Assembly (NCBI GenBank): GCA_965209025.1
Contig: OZ242375.1
Span: 997,562-1,061,561 of the forward strand
Reading direction: 5' to 3'
Length of the DNA stretch: 64,000 nucleotides
Source: Acidimicrobiia bacterium
GTDB lineage: Bacteria; Actinomycetota; Acidimicrobiia; Spongiisociales; ZC4RG35
Shown here one piece after another: positions 17,263-26,944 of the stretch (its first letter is position 1; every line of letters starts with the position of its first letter). The notes under the pieces are model-generated. The model did not search any database, was not told the DNA's origin, and worked only from the letters and a program-made list of their open reading frames with translations. A program made the translations under genes and the position numbers.

Positions 17263-18864
17263 TCATCCGCCCTGGGATACGGCAGATTCGAGTAGTCCGC
17301 GGGCGGCGCTTCTTCCCGATACGCTGTCCGAATCGCCCGAGATCATCCGCGAAAGCTCCGCCACCCGCTCGTCGCCATCGACCGGGCCCAGCGACGCGGA
17401 GGTCCCCTCCCGCTCGATCACCCAGTGCTGATCGGCGAAGGCGGCCACCGAGGCAAGGTGGGTGACGCACAGCACCTGCGTGCCCCGGGAGACGGCTGCC
17501 AGCTTCCTTCCCAGGGAGAGGGCCACGGCTCCTCCCAGCCCGGCGTCCACCTCGTCGAAGACCATCGTGGGAGCGGCCCCGGTCCCGCCGGCGAGCCGGA
17601 GCGCCAGCACCAGGCGGCTCAACTCCCCTCCCGAGGCGACCCTTCCCACCTCACCGGCCGTGAGCCGTTCGTCGGATGCGAACAGCAACCTGACCCGGTC
17701 GCAACCGTGCGCCGCCGCCTGGGCGTCGGACACTTCGAACCGGAGTACCGGCCTTCCGAAGCCCAGGTCCCCGAGATGGCCCAATGCCGTCTCAGCCAAC
17801 TCTCGGGCAGCCCGCCGCCGGGCCTCCGACAGCGCCTCGCCCCAGCGGAGGACCTCTCCCTCCGCCGCCGCCAGGTCGGCCTCCAGGTCGTCGGCGGTCA
17901 GAAGCATCTCCCGGACCTCCTCTCGGCGCCTCCTCGCCCGGGACCCGAACGCCAGCACCTCTTCCAGCGTCGACCCGTACTTGCGACGCAGATCTCCCAG
18001 CCGGGCAAGGCGTCGCTCCAACTCTTCGAGCGTCCCGGCGTCGGTGTCCAGGCTCTCTCCGGCGGCTTCCGCCTGGTAAGCAGCGTCCTCCATGAACTGC
18101 TCCGCCGAGTCGACCGCCGCCATCAACTCCCCCAGGCCCGGATCGAGCGCCAAGGCCGCACTCAGTTCACCCGAGGTCTCCCCCAGGGACTCGCGCGCCG
18201 CGGCCAGGAACTCCCCCGCGCGGCCCAGGTGGGCGCGCAGAGCCTCCCGGTTGCGAAGACGCCGGGCCTCCGAGACCAGCCGGGCGTCGTCTCCGGGGGA
18301 AAACCCGGCAGCCTCGATCTCGTCGGCCTGGAAGGAGACCATGTCCAACTCCCGCTCCAAGGCCGCCCGGCCCCCGCCCAACTCGGCCCGAACCCCCTCC
18401 AGCCGGCGCCTCTCCTCCCAACTCTTCGCATAGAACGCCATCGCCTCCATGCCCATTTCGTCCAGGGTGGCGTCGAGCAACTCCCGCACCTGTCCCGGCC
18501 GCCGCAGCCGGAGGTGCTCCTGCTGTCCGATGATCTCCACCAGACCACCCACAGCCTCGGAGAGCGACGCGACAGAGGCCACCATCCCGTCCATATACCC
18601 CCGGCTTCTTCCCTTCCTCGGGACGCGGCGGGTCACCGCCATCTCCTCTCCGTTGACGATCCATCGGCCGCCCACCACCGTCTCGGATCCGAACGGCCCC
18701 ACCGCCCCGGCGTCGGCGGCTTCTCCCATCAGGAGCCGGAGCGCGCCCAGGAGGAGGGTCTTGCCCGCCCCGGTCTCCCCGGTCATCACCACCAGGCCCC
18801 GGCCGGGGCGGAACTCCGCCCTCTCGATCACCCCCAGGTTCTCAACGATCAGTTCGTCGAGCAT
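17263..18864 (-). CDS. recN: DNA repair protein RecN
   Basis: TGETGAGKT, SGGELSR, FDEVDAG and VTHL motifs. Confidence 0.95.
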   Translation of the reverse strand: MLDELIVENLGVIERAEFRPGRGLVVMTGETGAGKTLLLGALRLLMGEAADAGAVGPFGSETVVGGRWIVNGEEMAVTRRVPRKGRSRGYMDGMVASVASLSEAVGGLVEIIGQQEHLRLRRPGQVRELLDATLDEMGMEAMAFYAKSWEERRRLEGVRAELGGGRAALERELDMVSFQADEIEAAGFSPGDDARLVSEARRLRNREALRAHLGRAGEFLAAARESLGETSGELSAALALDPGLGELMAAVDSAEQFMEDAAYQAEAAGESLDTDAGTLEELERRLARLGDLRRKYGSTLEEVLAFGSRARRRREEVREMLLTADDLEADLAAAEGEVLRWGEALSEARRRAARELAETALGHLGDLGFGRPVLRFEVSDAQAAAHGCDRVRLLFASDERLTAGEVGRVASGGELSRLVLALRLAGGTGAAPTMVFDEVDAGLGGAVALSLGRKLAAVSRGTQVLCVTHLASVAAFADQHWVIEREGTSASLGPVDGDERVAELSRMISGDSDSVSGRSAARGLLESAVSQGG

Positions 18865-18868
18865 CGCC

Positions 18869-19663
18869 TCACAGTCCGAACCGCTCGGTGACGACAGTGG
18901 AGAAGGCGACCCGCTCGAACGCCACGAACATCACCGGTCGGGGCCCCCGGCGAACCACCACCTCATCGTCCATGCCCAGAGAGGCGGTGGTGCGGCCGTC
19001 CACCGACACCTGAACCGGCCGGTCGCGGGCCACCCGGCAGCGGATCACCGACTCGGGCGAGAGCACCAGCGACCGGGAGAAGAGGGAGTGCGGCGCCACC
19101 GGGGTCATCACCAGCGCGTCCACCCGGGTGTCGAGGAGGGGTCCTCCCGCCGAGAAGCTGTAGGCGGTGGAGCCGGTGGGAGTACTGATCACCAGCCCGT
19201 CCGCCCGGTAGGAGAGCATCGGTTCGGAGTCGACCTCCACTTCCAGTTCGATCAGACGCTGGCTGTCGATCTTCTCCACCACGACATCGTTCACCCCCAG
19301 GTCGGTCAGCCCGTTCAGTTCGGCCATCACCGTCATCCGGGGGACCAACCGGTAGTCGCCCTGTTCCAGGCGGTCGAGGGTCCGGGTGAGGTCGCCGGGG
19401 TCGGCCTCCGCCAGGAAGCCGAGCGTCCCCAGGTTGAAACCCAGCACCGGCCTATCCGCCCGGTAGGCCAGGCTCACCGCCCGTAGCATGGTGCCGTCGC
19501 CGCCGGTGGCGATCACCAGGTCGGTAGGCCTGTCCGACGGATCCAATCCCTCCCCGCCGTCCACCCACACCTCCCACCCGCGGTTGCGAGCCTCGGCCAC
19601 CAGGTTTCGGGTAAACCTCACCGCCGTCTCTCGGACCCGGTTGGGAACCACGCCGATTCTCAC
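18869..19663 (-). CDS. nadK: NAD kinase
   Basis: GGDGTML, GTLGFL and DGLVISTPTGSTAYSFSAGGP. Confidence 0.95.
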   Translation of the reverse strand: MRIGVVPNRVRETAVRFTRNLVAEARNRGWEVWVDGGEGLDPSDRPTDLVIATGGDGTMLRAVSLAYRADRPVLGFNLGTLGFLAEADPGDLTRTLDRLEQGDYRLVPRMTVMAELNGLTDLGVNDVVVEKIDSQRLIELEVEVDSEPMLSYRADGLVISTPTGSTAYSFSAGGPLLDTRVDALVMTPVAPHSLFSRSLVLSPESVIRCRVARDRPVQVSVDGRTTASLGMDDEVVVRRGPRPVMFVAFERVAFSTVVTERFGL

Positions 19664-20424
19664 CGCTCCTCCCATCCTTCCACCTCGGCTGCCCCTTTCA
19701 CAGACCATACGAAGAACTCCCTGTTCCCGGACTTGGCGCCCCGCAGCGGGGAGGCCACCACCCTCCCGGGACCGAGGCCGGCGCCCATGAGGCAGGCTCC
19801 CACCTTGCGGATCACCTCCGAGTGCACCCGGGGATCTCGCACCACACCCCTCTTTCCGACCGAGCGGCGGCCGGCCTCGAACTGGGGCTTCACCAGGGTC
19901 AAACAGTCCGCTCCCTCCTCGGCCAACTCACTCAGCCGGTCGACCACCGTACACAACGAGATAAAGGATAGGTCGGCCACCACCACTTCGAAGAGCCCCA
20001 GCCGTGAGGAATTCACGTGGCGGATGTTGGTCCGGTCAATCACCTCCACGCGGGGATCCCGGGCCAGCTGGGGATGGAGTTGGCCGTAACCCACGTCCAG
20101 GGCGGTCACCCGGCGCGCCCCTCTCTGGAGAAGAACATCGGTGAACCCGCCGGTGGAGGCCCCCACGTCCAGACATCGCTTCCCCGCAGGGTCGACTCCC
20201 AGCACCTCGAGGACGTGATCGAGCTTGTCTCCCCCGCGGGAAACGAAGCGGGGCCCCTCAGTCGTGAGCGAGATGCCGGTGGCGGTCCCCACCAGGGTGG
20301 CGGGCCGCGGGGAGAGCACCCCTTCCACCCGCACCCCGCCCGCGGTGATCAACCGCTGAGCCTCGGTGCGACTCCCGGCCTGTCCTCTCTCCACCAACTC
20401 CTGGTCGAGCCGCCGCCGATTCAG
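19660..20424 (-). CDS. tlyA: TlyA rRNA 2'-O-methyltransferase
   Basis: FVSRGGDKL, DVGASTGGFTD, DLSFISL and LVKPQFE. The S4 RRLD motif implies a start near CTG 20424. Confidence 0.93.
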   Translation of the reverse strand: MNRRRLDQELVERGQAGSRTEAQRLITAGGVRVEGVLSPRPATLVGTATGISLTTEGPRFVSRGGDKLDHVLEVLGVDPAGKRCLDVGASTGGFTDVLLQRGARRVTALDVGYGQLHPQLARDPRVEVIDRTNIRHVNSSRLGLFEVVVADLSFISLCTVVDRLSELAEEGADCLTLVKPQFEAGRRSVGKRGVVRDPRVHSEVIRKVGACLMGAGLGPGRVVASPLRGAKSGNREFFVWSVKGAAEVEGWEER

Positions 20425-20609
20425 CTTCCCTCTCCTTCCCTTCCCTCCAGCAACCCCTCCAACAGGTCGGCCAACCGCTCGGCGGGCGCCAGCCCATCGG
20501 CGCCCTCCGCCTGGGTCAACTCCTCGAGCGCCCTGCGCGCCTCGGCCAGCCGGGCATCGCCGTCCTCGGCGCCGGAGGGGATGCTCTCGGTAAGGGAGTT
20601 CTCATTCAT
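20421..20609 (-). CDS. Small acidic hypothetical protein
   Basis: 62-aa helical ORF whose stop overlaps the inferred tlyA start. Confidence 0.55.
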   Translation of the reverse strand: MNENSLTESIPSGAEDGDARLAEARRALEELTQAEGADGLAPAERLADLLEGLLEGREGEGS

Positions 20610-20658
20610 CCCCCTGATTATGGCAACGCCCGCCCCCGCCCCGCCGTCCATAAACCGC

Positions 20659-21495
20659 TCAGCGGTCCGGAGACCACCACAGGGTGGCGAGAGTCCTGGG
20701 GCCCTCTTCGACATAGAGGCGGTCGTCTCTCGCCACGACATGCCCTTCCAGGAGCGGGCGCAGTTCAGCCCGTCTCGCCCGGGGAACCGCCACCCGCCGA
20801 CCGTAGTAGGCCAGGACCTCCTCCCAGGTCCGGAACCACAGGTCCGGCGCCCTCTCCCAGCGCACCACCCCCACCTCGGCGCCCAGTTCGGAGACGATCA
20901 CCTCCACCAGGTCCTCCACCGACGGGCCCTCGGGGCGGTCGAGATCGTGCATGGCCCGGTAGAGGTAATTCATGTTGGTCCAGGGGTGGACGTTGGTCAT
21001 CTCCACCACCGCCCCCCGGCGGCAGTGACCTCCCAGAGCCCTGATGAAGGGTCCGATCTCCGCCACGTCGTACACCACATGACTCGACAGCACCACGTCT
21101 GCCACAGGGGTGGAGGCCGCCGCATCCGGCCAGGCGCCCACCACCACCTCCACTTCCAGCGCCTCCGTGTCGGCCTCCTCCCGAAGACCGGCCGCCATTC
21201 CGGGGTTCTTCTCCACCGCGGTGACCCGGTGTCCCGCCCGCGCGTAGGGCAGACAGCTCCGGCCGGTCCCCGCCCCCACGTCGACCAGCGTCCCGTCCGG
21301 ACCCAGCATCTCTGTGACCAAAGAGGTGGTGGGGGTGGTCTCCCGTCGGGTGCGGCTCTCCTGGGTCCGCCGTCTCCACAGCTCCGGCGGCCACCCGTAG
21401 GGCGACTCGTCGGCCTGCTGCAGAACGCTCTCGGGTATCGCCCAGGACTCCAGGTCGGCCTTCCAGCGAGCGGACGGGGAACCGGAGTCGTACAT
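20659..21495 (-). CDS. Class I SAM-dependent methyltransferase
   Basis: VDVGAGTG motif I, then VTAVE and ADVVLSSHVVY. Confidence 0.9.
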   Translation of the reverse strand: MYDSGSPSARWKADLESWAIPESVLQQADESPYGWPPELWRRRTQESRTRRETTPTTSLVTEMLGPDGTLVDVGAGTGRSCLPYARAGHRVTAVEKNPGMAAGLREEADTEALEVEVVVGAWPDAAASTPVADVVLSSHVVYDVAEIGPFIRALGGHCRRGAVVEMTNVHPWTNMNYLYRAMHDLDRPEGPSVEDLVEVIVSELGAEVGVVRWERAPDLWFRTWEEVLAYYGRRVAVPRARRAELRPLLEGHVVARDDRLYVEEGPRTLATLWWSPDR

Positions 21496-21504
21496 GAGGC
21501 GATC

Positions 21505-22362
21505 TTAGGCGGGCCGCTCCCCGCATCCGGTGAACAGGTCATCCTCCCGGTATGGGGTCTCCACCCTGCTGAACACCCGGATGAAGGTCTCCCAGCCGAT
21601 CATCCGGAGCAGGTACTCGTCGGGAATCGACAGCCATGAGCTGTCGGTGGGAATCTGACTGCGGTGAGCCTGGAGAGCCGCCATCTTGGTGGGTACGCTA
21701 TCCCGCACGTCCAGCGTGCAACTGATGTCCCGGTCGGGAGTGCCGGCATTGTGGGCCCTCTCCAGGTCCTCTTCGCTCATCTCCCCCCGGGAGAACTCGA
21801 GCTCCGCGTAGGCGACCACCCTGCTCCTCGGCCAGACCGACCAGTAGAGCTTGAGCGGCTCCCAGAACTCCTCCCCCTCCTCCAGGGGGAACCGTCCCAG
21901 GTCGGAGGCGCCGAAGAAGGCGGCGGTCCCCACCCGGTGGACGTTGATGTGATCGGGATGGCCGTAGCCCCCGAAGGCGTCGTAGACGGTCATCACCTCC
22001 GGCCGGTAACGGCGGATCAACCGCACCATCCGGCCGACGGCCTCCATGAAATCGGCCTGCCAGAAGCTGTCGGGGTGGGAGTTGCCCTCCCATCCCATCA
22101 TGCCCGAGTCGCGGTAACCCAAGAAGGCATGGTGCCTAACCCCCATGATGGAGAGGGATTCCGCCAACTCCTCGGCTCTAACCTCCGCCAGCTTCGGGGC
22201 GATCTCCTCGGGATTGGAGTAGTTGTGCACCTCCCCCTCGGCGCCATCGGTGGCGGTCACCACAACCACCTGCTCCCCGGCCTTGGCGTACCTGATCAAG
22301 GCTCCGCCGGTGGACATCACCTCGTCGTCTGGGTGAGCATGGAACGCCAACAGTCCGGACAC
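21505..22362 (-). CDS. PIG-L family deacetylase (MshB/Mca-like)
   Basis: HAHPDDE, YRDSGM and GGYGHPDH motifs. Confidence 0.9.
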   Translation of the reverse strand: MSGLLAFHAHPDDEVMSTGGALIRYAKAGEQVVVVTATDGAEGEVHNYSNPEEIAPKLAEVRAEELAESLSIMGVRHHAFLGYRDSGMMGWEGNSHPDSFWQADFMEAVGRMVRLIRRYRPEVMTVYDAFGGYGHPDHINVHRVGTAAFFGASDLGRFPLEEGEEFWEPLKLYWSVWPRSRVVAYAELEFSRGEMSEEDLERAHNAGTPDRDISCTLDVRDSVPTKMAALQAHRSQIPTDSSWLSIPDEYLLRMIGWETFIRVFSRVETPYREDDLFTGCGERPA

Positions 22363-22486
22363 GCCAGCCCACAATAGCACCATGAGAGGGGTGTTAATCT
22401 GCTGGATCCCCGGTTCCACCTCCCCGTGTTTCCCCCGCGAGTCCTTTGTAACCCCGACTCCGTAAAATGGGTCATAGCCGACACTT

Positions 22487-24565
22487 ATGTACCAGGTTCT
22501 TCAACCCGACGGAGCAGTCGCCCTGCCTGAGGTCGCCCAGCGCTACTCGCCCGAGTTGCTGACGCGCATCTATTCGGATATGGCGGCGGGGCGGACGCTG
22601 GACCGGAGGATGATGGCCCTCCAGCGTCAGGGGCGGATGGGCACCTTCGCTCCCATGGAAGGCCAGGAAGCGGTTTCGGTCGGATCGGCGCTGGCGCTGG
22701 CGCCCGAGGACTGGATCTTCCCCTCCTACCGGGAGCACTCGGCGGTGCTCGGTCGGGGGCTCCCCCTCAAAGCGCTCCTGGAGTTGTACCGGGGCCACGG
22801 CTATGCGAACTGGGATGCCCGCGGCCACCGGATCGGCCTCTACACCATTCCCATCTCCACCCAACTCCCCCATGCGGTGGGACGGGCCTACTACGGAGCC
22901 CTCAGCGGCGACCGGGGCGTGACCGTCGCCTTCTTCGGGGATGGGGCAACCTCCGCCTCCGACTTCCATTCCGGCATGAACTTCGCCAGCGTCTGGAATC
23001 TGCCGGTGGTCTTCGTCTGTTCCAACAACCAGTACGCCATCTCCATGCCGGTCTCCTCCCAGACCGGATCGGAGACCCTCTCACAGAAGGCCGTCGCCTA
23101 CGGATTCGAGGGGATCCGGGTGGACGGCATGGACGCGCTCGCAGTCCACAGCGCGGTGGCGGAAGCCGCCCGAAAGGCCAGGGATGGCGGTGGCCCCACC
23201 TTGATCGAAGCGGTGTGTTATCGCTTCGGTCCCCACGCCACCGCCGACGACCCCGGCCGCTACCGGTCCGCGGAGGAGGAGCGCTCCTGGAGGGCCCTGG
23301 ACCCCCTGATCCGCATGCGTGCCCATCTGGAGAGCCGCGGCATCTGGGACGATCAGATCGAGAAAGACGCCGTGGTGGAAATAGAAGCGGCCATCGACGA
23401 GGTGATGGCGGACATCGAGGGAAGGCCGCCTCCCCCGCGGTCGAAAACGATCACCCAGGTGTACGAGCGCATCCCTGAATCACTTGCCGAACAGTTCCGG
23501 TCCTCACAGGAGGCCCGGGACGCAGGACCCGTCGACCTCTCCGCCCAGATGTGGAGGATTGGTGAGGATGCACCTCCCGACCCCGAGCCCTCGGAGCGCT
23601 GGAACATGGCCCAGGCGCTCAACGCCGCCCTGGGGGAGGCGATGGAGCGATATCCGGAGGCGATCATCCTGGGAGAGGACGTCGGGCGAGCGGGAGGGGT
23701 GTTCCGTATCACCGAGGACCTGCAGGTCAAGTACGGCGCCGAGCGGGTGATAGACACACCGCTGTGCGAGACGGGAATCGTGGGCACCGCCATCGGGATG
23801 GCCATCGCCGGGGCCCGGCCGATCGTGGAGATCCAGTTCGACGGCTTCGTTTACAACTGCTTCGAGCAGATCGCCACCCACCTCTCCCGGATGCGCTACC
23901 GCACCCAGGGAGGCCTCGACCTGCCGATCGTGGTCCGCTTTCCCAACGGGGCGGGTATCAACGCCCACGAGTTCCACAACGAAAGCCCCGAGGCCCTCTT
24001 CTGCCACCTCCCGGGGCTGGTTGTCATCTGCCCCTCCACCCCCACCGACGCCAAGGGCCTCCTGGCCGCGGCCATCGACTCACCCGACCCCGTGATATTC
24101 GCCGAGCCCAAGGTCCTTTACCGGGCAGGCCGGGAGTCGGTGCCCAGTGGCTACTACACCATCCCCATCGGCCGGGCCGCCACCCGGAGGGCGGGCCGCG
24201 ACGTGACTGTCGTCACCTACGGCGGGATGGTCCCCGTGGCGCTCAGGGCCGCCGAGGAGTTGGAGTCGGAGGTCTCGGTGGAGGTGATCGACCTCCGCAC
24301 CCTCTATCCGTGGGACACCGAAGCAGTGCTCTCCTCGGTCTCCCGCACCGGACGGCTGGTGGTGGTGCAGGAACCGCCTCACACCGCCGGCATGGCAGCC
24401 GAGATCTCCGCCACGGTCGCCGAGGAGGCCATCTACGACCTGGCCGCTCCGGTGGTGCGGGTCACCGGATTCGACGCTCCCCTGCCTCCTTACGCATACG
24501 AGTCCTACGGGGTGTTGGGCACCGAGGACGTGACCGCCGGCATCATGCGCTCTCTGGCCGAGTGA
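22487..24565 (+). CDS. Fused E1 alpha+beta 2-oxoacid dehydrogenase
   Basis: TPP motif GDGA...NN and YRFGPHATADD (alpha) fused to GEDVGRAGGVF, DTPLCE and EPK (beta). Confidence 0.9.
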   Translation: MYQVLQPDGAVALPEVAQRYSPELLTRIYSDMAAGRTLDRRMMALQRQGRMGTFAPMEGQEAVSVGSALALAPEDWIFPSYREHSAVLGRGLPLKALLELYRGHGYANWDARGHRIGLYTIPISTQLPHAVGRAYYGALSGDRGVTVAFFGDGATSASDFHSGMNFASVWNLPVVFVCSNNQYAISMPVSSQTGSETLSQKAVAYGFEGIRVDGMDALAVHSAVAEAARKARDGGGPTLIEAVCYRFGPHATADDPGRYRSAEEERSWRALDPLIRMRAHLESRGIWDDQIEKDAVVEIEAAIDEVMADIEGRPPPPRSKTITQVYERIPESLAEQFRSSQEARDAGPVDLSAQMWRIGEDAPPDPEPSERWNMAQALNAALGEAMERYPEAIILGEDVGRAGGVFRITEDLQVKYGAERVIDTPLCETGIVGTAIGMAIAGARPIVEIQFDGFVYNCFEQIATHLSRMRYRTQGGLDLPIVVRFPNGAGINAHEFHNESPEALFCHLPGLVVICPSTPTDAKGLLAAAIDSPDPVIFAEPKVLYRAGRESVPSGYYTIPIGRAATRRAGRDVTVVTYGGMVPVALRAAEELESEVSVEVIDLRTLYPWDTEAVLSSVSRTGRLVVVQEPPHTAGMAAEISATVAEEAIYDLAAPVVRVTGFDAPLPPYAYESYGVLGTEDVTAGIMRSLAE

Positions 24566-25116
24566 TGGACGACTCCCCGGTCATCTCGGTCTTCGGCTCC
24601 TCGGCCATCACCCCCGACCAGGCCGACTGGCGGGCGGCTCGGCACCTGGGGCGGATCCTGGCCCAGGCGGGCGCCAGGGTGGCGACCGGCGGCTACGGCG
24701 GGACCATGGAGGCGGTCTCGGAGGGCGCCTCGGCCGGGGGCGGCGAGGTGATCGGGATAACCGCCCCGAACGTGTTCCCCCACCGGGCGGGACCCAACCG
24801 CTTCGTCCGCACCGAGATCCCCGCCCACGACATATATGAACGCGACCGGTTCCTCCTGGGCATGGCCGCGGCTACCGTCACCCTTCCCGGCAGCATCGGC
24901 ACCATCGTGGAGTTCAGCGAGGCTTGGAGAGAAGCCCTGCTGGCCCCTCCGGACCAACGCAAGCCCCACGTGGCGGTCGGGGAGAGCTTCCGGAGGCTGG
25001 CCGACTTGATGGTGGCCGAGTTCGGCGTCGATCCCGAGGCGATGACCTGCGTTCCCACCGCCGCGGAGGCAGCCCGCGTCGTGCTGGAGCGCCTGGGGCT
25101 CCCACACCCTCGATGA
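24565..25116 (+). CDS. LOG-family nucleotide phosphoribohydrolase-like protein
   Basis: VFGSS, TGGYGGTMEA and PGSIGTIVE motifs. Confidence 0.85.
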   Translation: MDDSPVISVFGSSAITPDQADWRAARHLGRILAQAGARVATGGYGGTMEAVSEGASAGGGEVIGITAPNVFPHRAGPNRFVRTEIPAHDIYERDRFLLGMAAATVTLPGSIGTIVEFSEAWREALLAPPDQRKPHVAVGESFRRLADLMVAEFGVDPEAMTCVPTAAEAARVVLERLGLPHPR

Positions 25117-25988
25117 ACGAGGTCATCATGGCGGGCGGCGGCTTGGTATTCCGCTTCTCCTCCACCGGCCAGCCCGAGGTGCTGGTGGTTCACCGTCCCC
25201 GCTATGACGACTGGTCGCTTCCCAAGGGGAAGAACGATCCGGGTGAGAACTCCCGGGCAGCGGCTGTCCGGGAGGTGTGGGAGGAGACCGGCTACCGGTG
25301 CGGTGTGATCGCCCCGGTCGGCCGGCATGAGTATCCCGCCATGGGCGGATGGAAGCAGGTCGACTACTACGCCATGACTCCCCGGTCGGACACCGGCTTC
25401 CAGCCCGACAGTGAAGTGGACGAGATCCGCTGGATCCCGGCTTCGGACACCCGTCTTCTCACCTATGCTTTCGATAGACGACTCGTGGAAGACGCCGACT
25501 ATCCGACCTTGAGCGCCACCCGGACCCTGTTCTTCGTGCGCCACGCCGCGGCGGGAAGCCGCCAGCGGTGGACCCGGCCCGACCACATCCGGCCGCTCAC
25601 CCCGAAGGGCTGGCGACAGTCCCATGCCCTGGCCGAGCGGCTGGCTGGAGAGGGTGTCGAGAGACTGGTGTCAAGCCCCTACGTCCGGTGCATGCAGACC
25701 CTCGAACCCCTCTCGGAGGTCCTCGGCATCCCTGTGGAGGAGCATCCGGCGCTGACCGAAGGGGAAGGCGGGGGAAAGACCCTGCAGCTATTGGATGAGC
25801 TCTCCCGGGGGAACGCGGCGCTCTCCAGCCACGGAGACGTGATCCCCTCGACCATCTTCCGGCTGGCCGACGGCGGGATGGAACTGCAGGACTCCATCTA
25901 CCACTGCCGGAAGGGCTCGATCTGGGTGATCAGCGTGGTCGATGGCGTGGCGGTCTCCGCACGCTACGAGCCGCCGCCCGAGGTGTAA
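25113..25988 (+). CDS. NUDIX + histidine phosphatase fusion (MutT1-like)
   Basis: HRPRYDDWSLPKGK...REVWEETG followed by RHA...SSPYVRC...SHG. Confidence 0.9.
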   Translation: MNEVIMAGGGLVFRFSSTGQPEVLVVHRPRYDDWSLPKGKNDPGENSRAAAVREVWEETGYRCGVIAPVGRHEYPAMGGWKQVDYYAMTPRSDTGFQPDSEVDEIRWIPASDTRLLTYAFDRRLVEDADYPTLSATRTLFFVRHAAAGSRQRWTRPDHIRPLTPKGWRQSHALAERLAGEGVERLVSSPYVRCMQTLEPLSEVLGIPVEEHPALTEGEGGGKTLQLLDELSRGNAALSSHGDVIPSTIFRLADGGMELQDSIYHCRKGSIWVISVVDGVAVSARYEPPPEV

Positions 25989-26069
25989 TCAACCGGCTCC
26001 GCCGGTAAGCCCGGGCGAGCCTCCTCTCGGGGTGGCGACCCGGTCGGTATAATCCTCAGAGCGCGTTTT

Positions 26070-26750
26070 ATGGCATCCGGACAGACCGTACTGAGAAGAA
26101 CTCCCCTCGGCCTTCAGATATCCCAAGAGGTGCGCCGCCAGATCCTTTTCGGTCACCTGTCCCCTGGTGACCCCCTGACGCAACAGGACCTCTGCGACCG
26201 GTTCGGCACCAGCCGGATGCCGGTCAGGGACGCCATCAACATGCTGGTGATGGACGGTCTGGCCACCCGTCCCAACAACCGCGACGCGGTGGTGGCCGAC
26301 ATCACTCACGAGGACATCCTCGACGCCTTCGAAGTGAACGCCCACCTCCATGCCCTGGCGGCGGTGCGAGCCATAACGCGGGGCGCCTCCGAGGAACGAA
26401 AGCGTCTGCAAAGCATCCACGAGGAGATGGGAAAGGCGGTCCGGGAAGGAGACCTGGCTCTCAGCGCCCAACTGAACGGGAGGTTCCACCGTCAACTCAA
26501 CCGCATGTCGCACTCCAATCCAATCATCACCGCCCTCAAGCGGGTAACCGCTTTCGTTCCCGACGACTTCGTGAAAGAGGCGCCGGATTGGGCGATCCGG
26601 GGTTATCGGGAACACGAGTCGATCATGTCGGCCTTCTTCTCGGGCGATAAGCAGAAGCTCTATGAGTTGATCACCCACCACGTCATGTCGGTGGGCGACC
26701 ACCTGGTCGAGGTCCTTTCCCATCACCGGCGGGACCCTATCACCGGATAG
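26070..26750 (+). CDS. GntR (FadR/FCD) transcriptional regulator
   Basis: wHTH TSRMPVRDA; FCD NGRFH and EH; TATAAT at 26048-26053. Confidence 0.9.
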   Translation: MASGQTVLRRTPLGLQISQEVRRQILFGHLSPGDPLTQQDLCDRFGTSRMPVRDAINMLVMDGLATRPNNRDAVVADITHEDILDAFEVNAHLHALAAVRAITRGASEERKRLQSIHEEMGKAVREGDLALSAQLNGRFHRQLNRMSHSNPIITALKRVTAFVPDDFVKEAPDWAIRGYREHESIMSAFFSGDKQKLYELITHHVMSVGDHLVEVLSHHRRDPITG

Positions 26751-26787
26751 TCACCCGCCCCTTCCGACCCTTCCTTCGGGGGTCAAT

Positions 26788-26853
26788 CAGGGTGATACCC
26801 CATGGAAACCAGGGTGATACCCCATTGACAGGGCACCGGGGCGGCCCCATGGT
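26788..26853 (+). promoter_or_regulatory. Tandem 16-bp operator plus sigma70-type promoter of the ABC exporter
   Basis: CAGGGTGATACCCCAT at 26788 and 26810 (22-bp period), abutting TTGACA-N17-CATGGT. Confidence 0.7.
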
Positions 26854-26944
26854 TAGGGCATGAGCAACGCAGCCACGCTTGAACGGCCTGATAGGGGCCG
26901 TGGCCGATTACCGAAACCGACCGGATCCGGCAAGAATCCTGAAC

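Noticed and set aside
26788-26825. Direct repeats as a CRISPR remnant
   Set aside because: Only two 16-bp copies with a 6-bp spacer, and no cas genes.
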